64,000 nt of DNA from an uncultured Alphaproteobacteria bacterium (GTDB lineage: Bacteria; Pseudomonadota; Alphaproteobacteria; Rhizobiales; Hyphomicrobiaceae): assembly GCA_963833715.1 (NCBI GenBank), contig CAWHZB010000001.1:1185-65184 (forward strand). The letters are read 5' to 3'. Every line of letters begins with the position of its first letter. Position 1 is the stretch's first letter. Position numbers and translations under genes: made by a program. This document shows positions 61,284 to 64,000 of the stretch, piece after piece. The notes below the pieces were generated by a model. It did no database searches. It was not told where the DNA came from and worked only from the letters and a program-made list of their open reading frames with translations.

Positions 61284-61385
61284 TTGTGAGCTCCCCTGTT
61301 GAAGGGATCGCGAGCGAGGGTGACCTTCAGCCATAATGCGAGCTGGCTCCGGGCTCGCCGCGTCATCCGCTGTTGATGCTTCCTC

Positions 61386-63410
61386 CTATACCGCGAACGG
61401 GAACGTCTCAGGCACTTCGCCTGCTTCCCATTCCGCCGTGGTCTCGAGCGGTTCGACCGCCCGCGTCTCATCGAAATGGAGCACGGCGTCGAACTGATCC
61501 GATAGTCGCGCGTAGAAGTAGTGGCTCTGCCGCTCGGTTTCAGGTCGATAGATCACGCCGATCGCCCGCTCGAGCCGAGGGTTGCACAATTGCTCCGCCA
61601 CCGTATCGCTCTCATTCAGGATCAGCAGGAATCGAGCACGCCCTGTGGCATGGAATAGTGCTTCATAGCTACCGGCCAATGCAGGACGGACGCGCTTGCG
61701 CTCGGCCGGATCGCCCCAAATCAGAGGCGGCCGTAACGGTGCCGTGGTGCGTGGTAAAGCCAATCAGAATTGCCTCCTGGCCGTATTTCTCGCGCACCAG
61801 CTGGCCGACATTCAGCTCGCCACGCCGCCCCATGTCCGTCGCGCGCGCGTCGCCGAGATGAGAATTGTGCTCCCAGACGGCCACCTTCGCGTTGTGGCCT
61901 GTCCGACTGAGATGCGAAACCAGCGCATCAAGCGTTTCCGCCATATGGCGGTCGCGAAGGTTCCACGACGACACCTCTTCGAGAAACATGGAGCGGTAGT
62001 ACGCCTCCGCATTCTTCACCAAGCGGGCATTCTGCTCCGCATAGAACAGTTCATCTTCCGCCAAACGACCGTCGCGCCGCACGTAATCGGCCGCCCGGCG
62101 CTGCAGTTCGACCAGTTGGCTAATGACCTCGTCTTCACACGATTTGGAGAGGTTCAGTCGTGTCATGAGGCCGTAGGCCTGGGTGTCCTCGCCAACGTGA
62201 TCGAAGCAGGAATAACGCTCGCGCGCCCGCTTGGCCGCCTCGGAGTCGACCTTCTCTAGAAAACGCAACAAGACTTTTATCGACGCGTGCAGGCTGTACA
62301 GGTCAAGGCCGTAAAACCCCACCTTTTCAGCATTCGGCGGAAGCGCCTCGTTGTGTGCCCGCAGCCACGCGATGAACTCGAGCACCACCGTGCTGCGCCA
62401 CATCCAAGTCGGAAAGCGACGAAAATCGGAGAGCGCTTCCTCAGCATCGATGTCATCGCTCACTCCGCGAACATAACGGTTGACCCGATAGGCGTCGGGC
62501 CAATCTGCCTTCACCGCCACGGCCGTGAAGTTTTCTTCGATTATGAGCCGCTTCGTAATCTCGGCCCGCTCGCTGTAGAACTCGTGCGTCCCGTGGGAGG
62601 CTTCACCTAAAAGCGCAAAACGTGCGTCGCCGATCGAGCCTATGAGCGGATCGTAGTCTCTGGCGGATCCAGCCAACGGGTAGGCATTCGGGCGCACCAT
62701 TTCGATGAGCCCGATGTCTCTCGAGCTTTGCACTGCCTCGCTCTACTCGGGTGCGTTGCGCTGCGCGAGCAGATCGCGAACCTCCTGGTCCGTCGTCTGC
62801 GAGAAGTCCTGATACCACAGCCCGACGGCCTGGAATGGCTCGGGCGTAATGGCGCAAATGACGTCGTCAACCTCCGCTTTCATCTCCTCGCAGACTTCGG
62901 GAGACGCGGTCGGAACAGCGACGACAATGCGCGCGGGCTGTCGTAGCGCCTCGATCGCGGCGTGCATGGTGGCTCCAGTTGCCAGACCATCGTCCACCAA
63001 AATCACAGTACGACCGCGAACGTCGGGGGGCGGGCGACCATCCCAGTAGAGGCGTTCGCGCCGCGCTAGCTCCTGCTGCTCACGTGCCGCAAACGCATCG
63101 ATCAGACGCTCGGGGATGCCGAGGCGATTTACAGCTGATCGTTCAGCACGCGCACGCCGCCCGTCGCGACTGCACCCATCGCCAGCTCCTCGTATCCGGG
63201 GACGCCCAACTTGCGCACGACGAACACGTCCAGAGGTGCCCCTAGAGCGCGTGCCACTCCATACGCGACGGGCACACCGCCACGCGGTAATGCCAGTACA
63301 ATGACGTCCGGCCGACCAGCGTATTTCGCGAGCTTTGCTGCGAGTTGCCGGCCAGCTTCGCGACGATCGCGAAAGAGCCCCGGCCTAAGGAGTTCTGGGC
63401 TCGTGCTCAT
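61386..63410 (-). pseudogene. Phosphoribosyltransferase / erythromycin-esterase-like fusion gene, broken by frameshifts (~63130, ~61720) and an in-frame TAG (62743-62745)
   Basis: [23 protein letters not shown] and LVDDGLATGATM (PRT). Then LLGEASHGTHEFY, RFPTWMW, FYGLDLYSL, SWNLRD.HM, VWEHNSHLGDARAT and ERAIGVIYRPETERQSHYF (Ere-like). Confidence 0.85.
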
Positions 63411-63452
63411 GTCCTAATCTCCCAATGCGGCGGCCATTGAGCAGATTTCTCA

Positions 63453-64000
63453 TTACAGTTTGCCGAGCGATCCGTTGGCCAATGACCTTTGCACCGCGCC
63501 AGCGATCAAAGGCGCGATGGAAATCACGCTCAATTGCGGCCAGTCCTTTTCTGTCTGGCTGACCGTCTCGGTCACAATCACCTCACGCACTGCGGGGTGA
63601 CTTAGTTTTTTACGTGCGTCGAGAACAAATAGGCCGTGCGTGGCCGCCACGATGATCTCGGGCCCCGCGCCCGCGGCGAGGACCGCCCTGATGCTCTCGG
63701 CTATGGTACCTCCGGTCGAAATCATGTCGTCGACGATCAGGCATGCTCGTCCTGCCACATCTCCGACGACATGCGTCACCTTGGTTTCTGAACCGCTCAC
63801 GCGCCGCTTGTGGAGCACGACGAGGGAGGCACCTAGGCACTGCTCCGCGTAACGTGTTGCCATCCCCATGCGCCCGACGTCCGGCGACACGACGACGAGA
63901 TTATCGGGGCGATCGAGCACAGCGCGGCAGAGAGTTGGCACGGCAGTTAAGTTGTCCACGGGAGCATGAAAGAAGCCCTCGATCTGTGGCGAGTGCAAAT
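63453..64000 (-). CDS. prs: Ribose-phosphate pyrophosphokinase, 3' part (runs off window end)
   Basis: QIEGFF..PVDNL, VVSPDVG, VGDV.GR.CLIVDDMISTGGT and ATHGLF motifs. Divergent; probably an accessory paralogue. Confidence 0.88.
   Translation of the reverse strand, partial: LHSPQIEGFFHAPVDNLTAVPTLCRAVLDRPDNLVVVSPDVGRMGMATRYAEQCLGASLVVLHKRRVSGSETKVTHVVGDVAGRACLIVDDMISTGGTIAESIRAVLAAGAGPEIIVAATHGLFVLDARKKLSHPAVREVIVTETVSQTEKDWPQLSVISIAPLIAGAVQRSLANGSLGKL

Noticed and set aside
62743-62745. Pyrrolysine or readthrough at the in-frame TAG
   Set aside because: No pyl machinery in the window and the same gene has two further frameshifts; a nonsense mutation is simpler.
1-64000. CRISPR arrays, intact IS/transposases, integrases, prophage or recognised defence genes
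   Set aside because: No regularly spaced repeats and no DDE, HUH, tyrosine/serine recombinase, phage structural or known defence motifs were found in the ORF track or by reading.

Overview
A roughly 60% GC alphaproteobacterial chromosomal segment. Gene order and content suggest Hyphomicrobiales, probably Hyphomicrobium-like; this is an inference, not a verified assignment. The backbone has about 40 intact genes, mostly housekeeping: zur-like regulator, ispG, ispA, mtgA, rpmF, phaR/phaA/phaB, gloB, metW/metX, hisC/tyrA, class II nrdJ, plsC, ftsE/ftsX, hpt, moaA/mobB/mobA, mrp and tRNA-Leu(TAA). About 16 accessory or unknown-function loci carry frameshifts, internal deletions, truncations or an in-frame stop, and I saw no such lesion in the core genes. 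No CRISPR array, intact transposase, integrase or prophage gene was seen. The most notable items are: (1) an intact AdoMet-decarboxylase homologue that has lost its self-cleavage serine; (2) an unannotated 30-aa ORF with a strong SD, ending in Cys-Cys-Arg, in front of a conserved small protein (possible cysteine-sensing leader); (3) a perfect alphaproteobacterial LexA box next to the nrdJ promoter; (4) a ~1100-aa membrane coiled-coil protein with a tandemly duplicated unrecognised domain; (5) the non-random pattern of gene decay. All assignments come from motif reading and recalled family knowledge; no searches were run.
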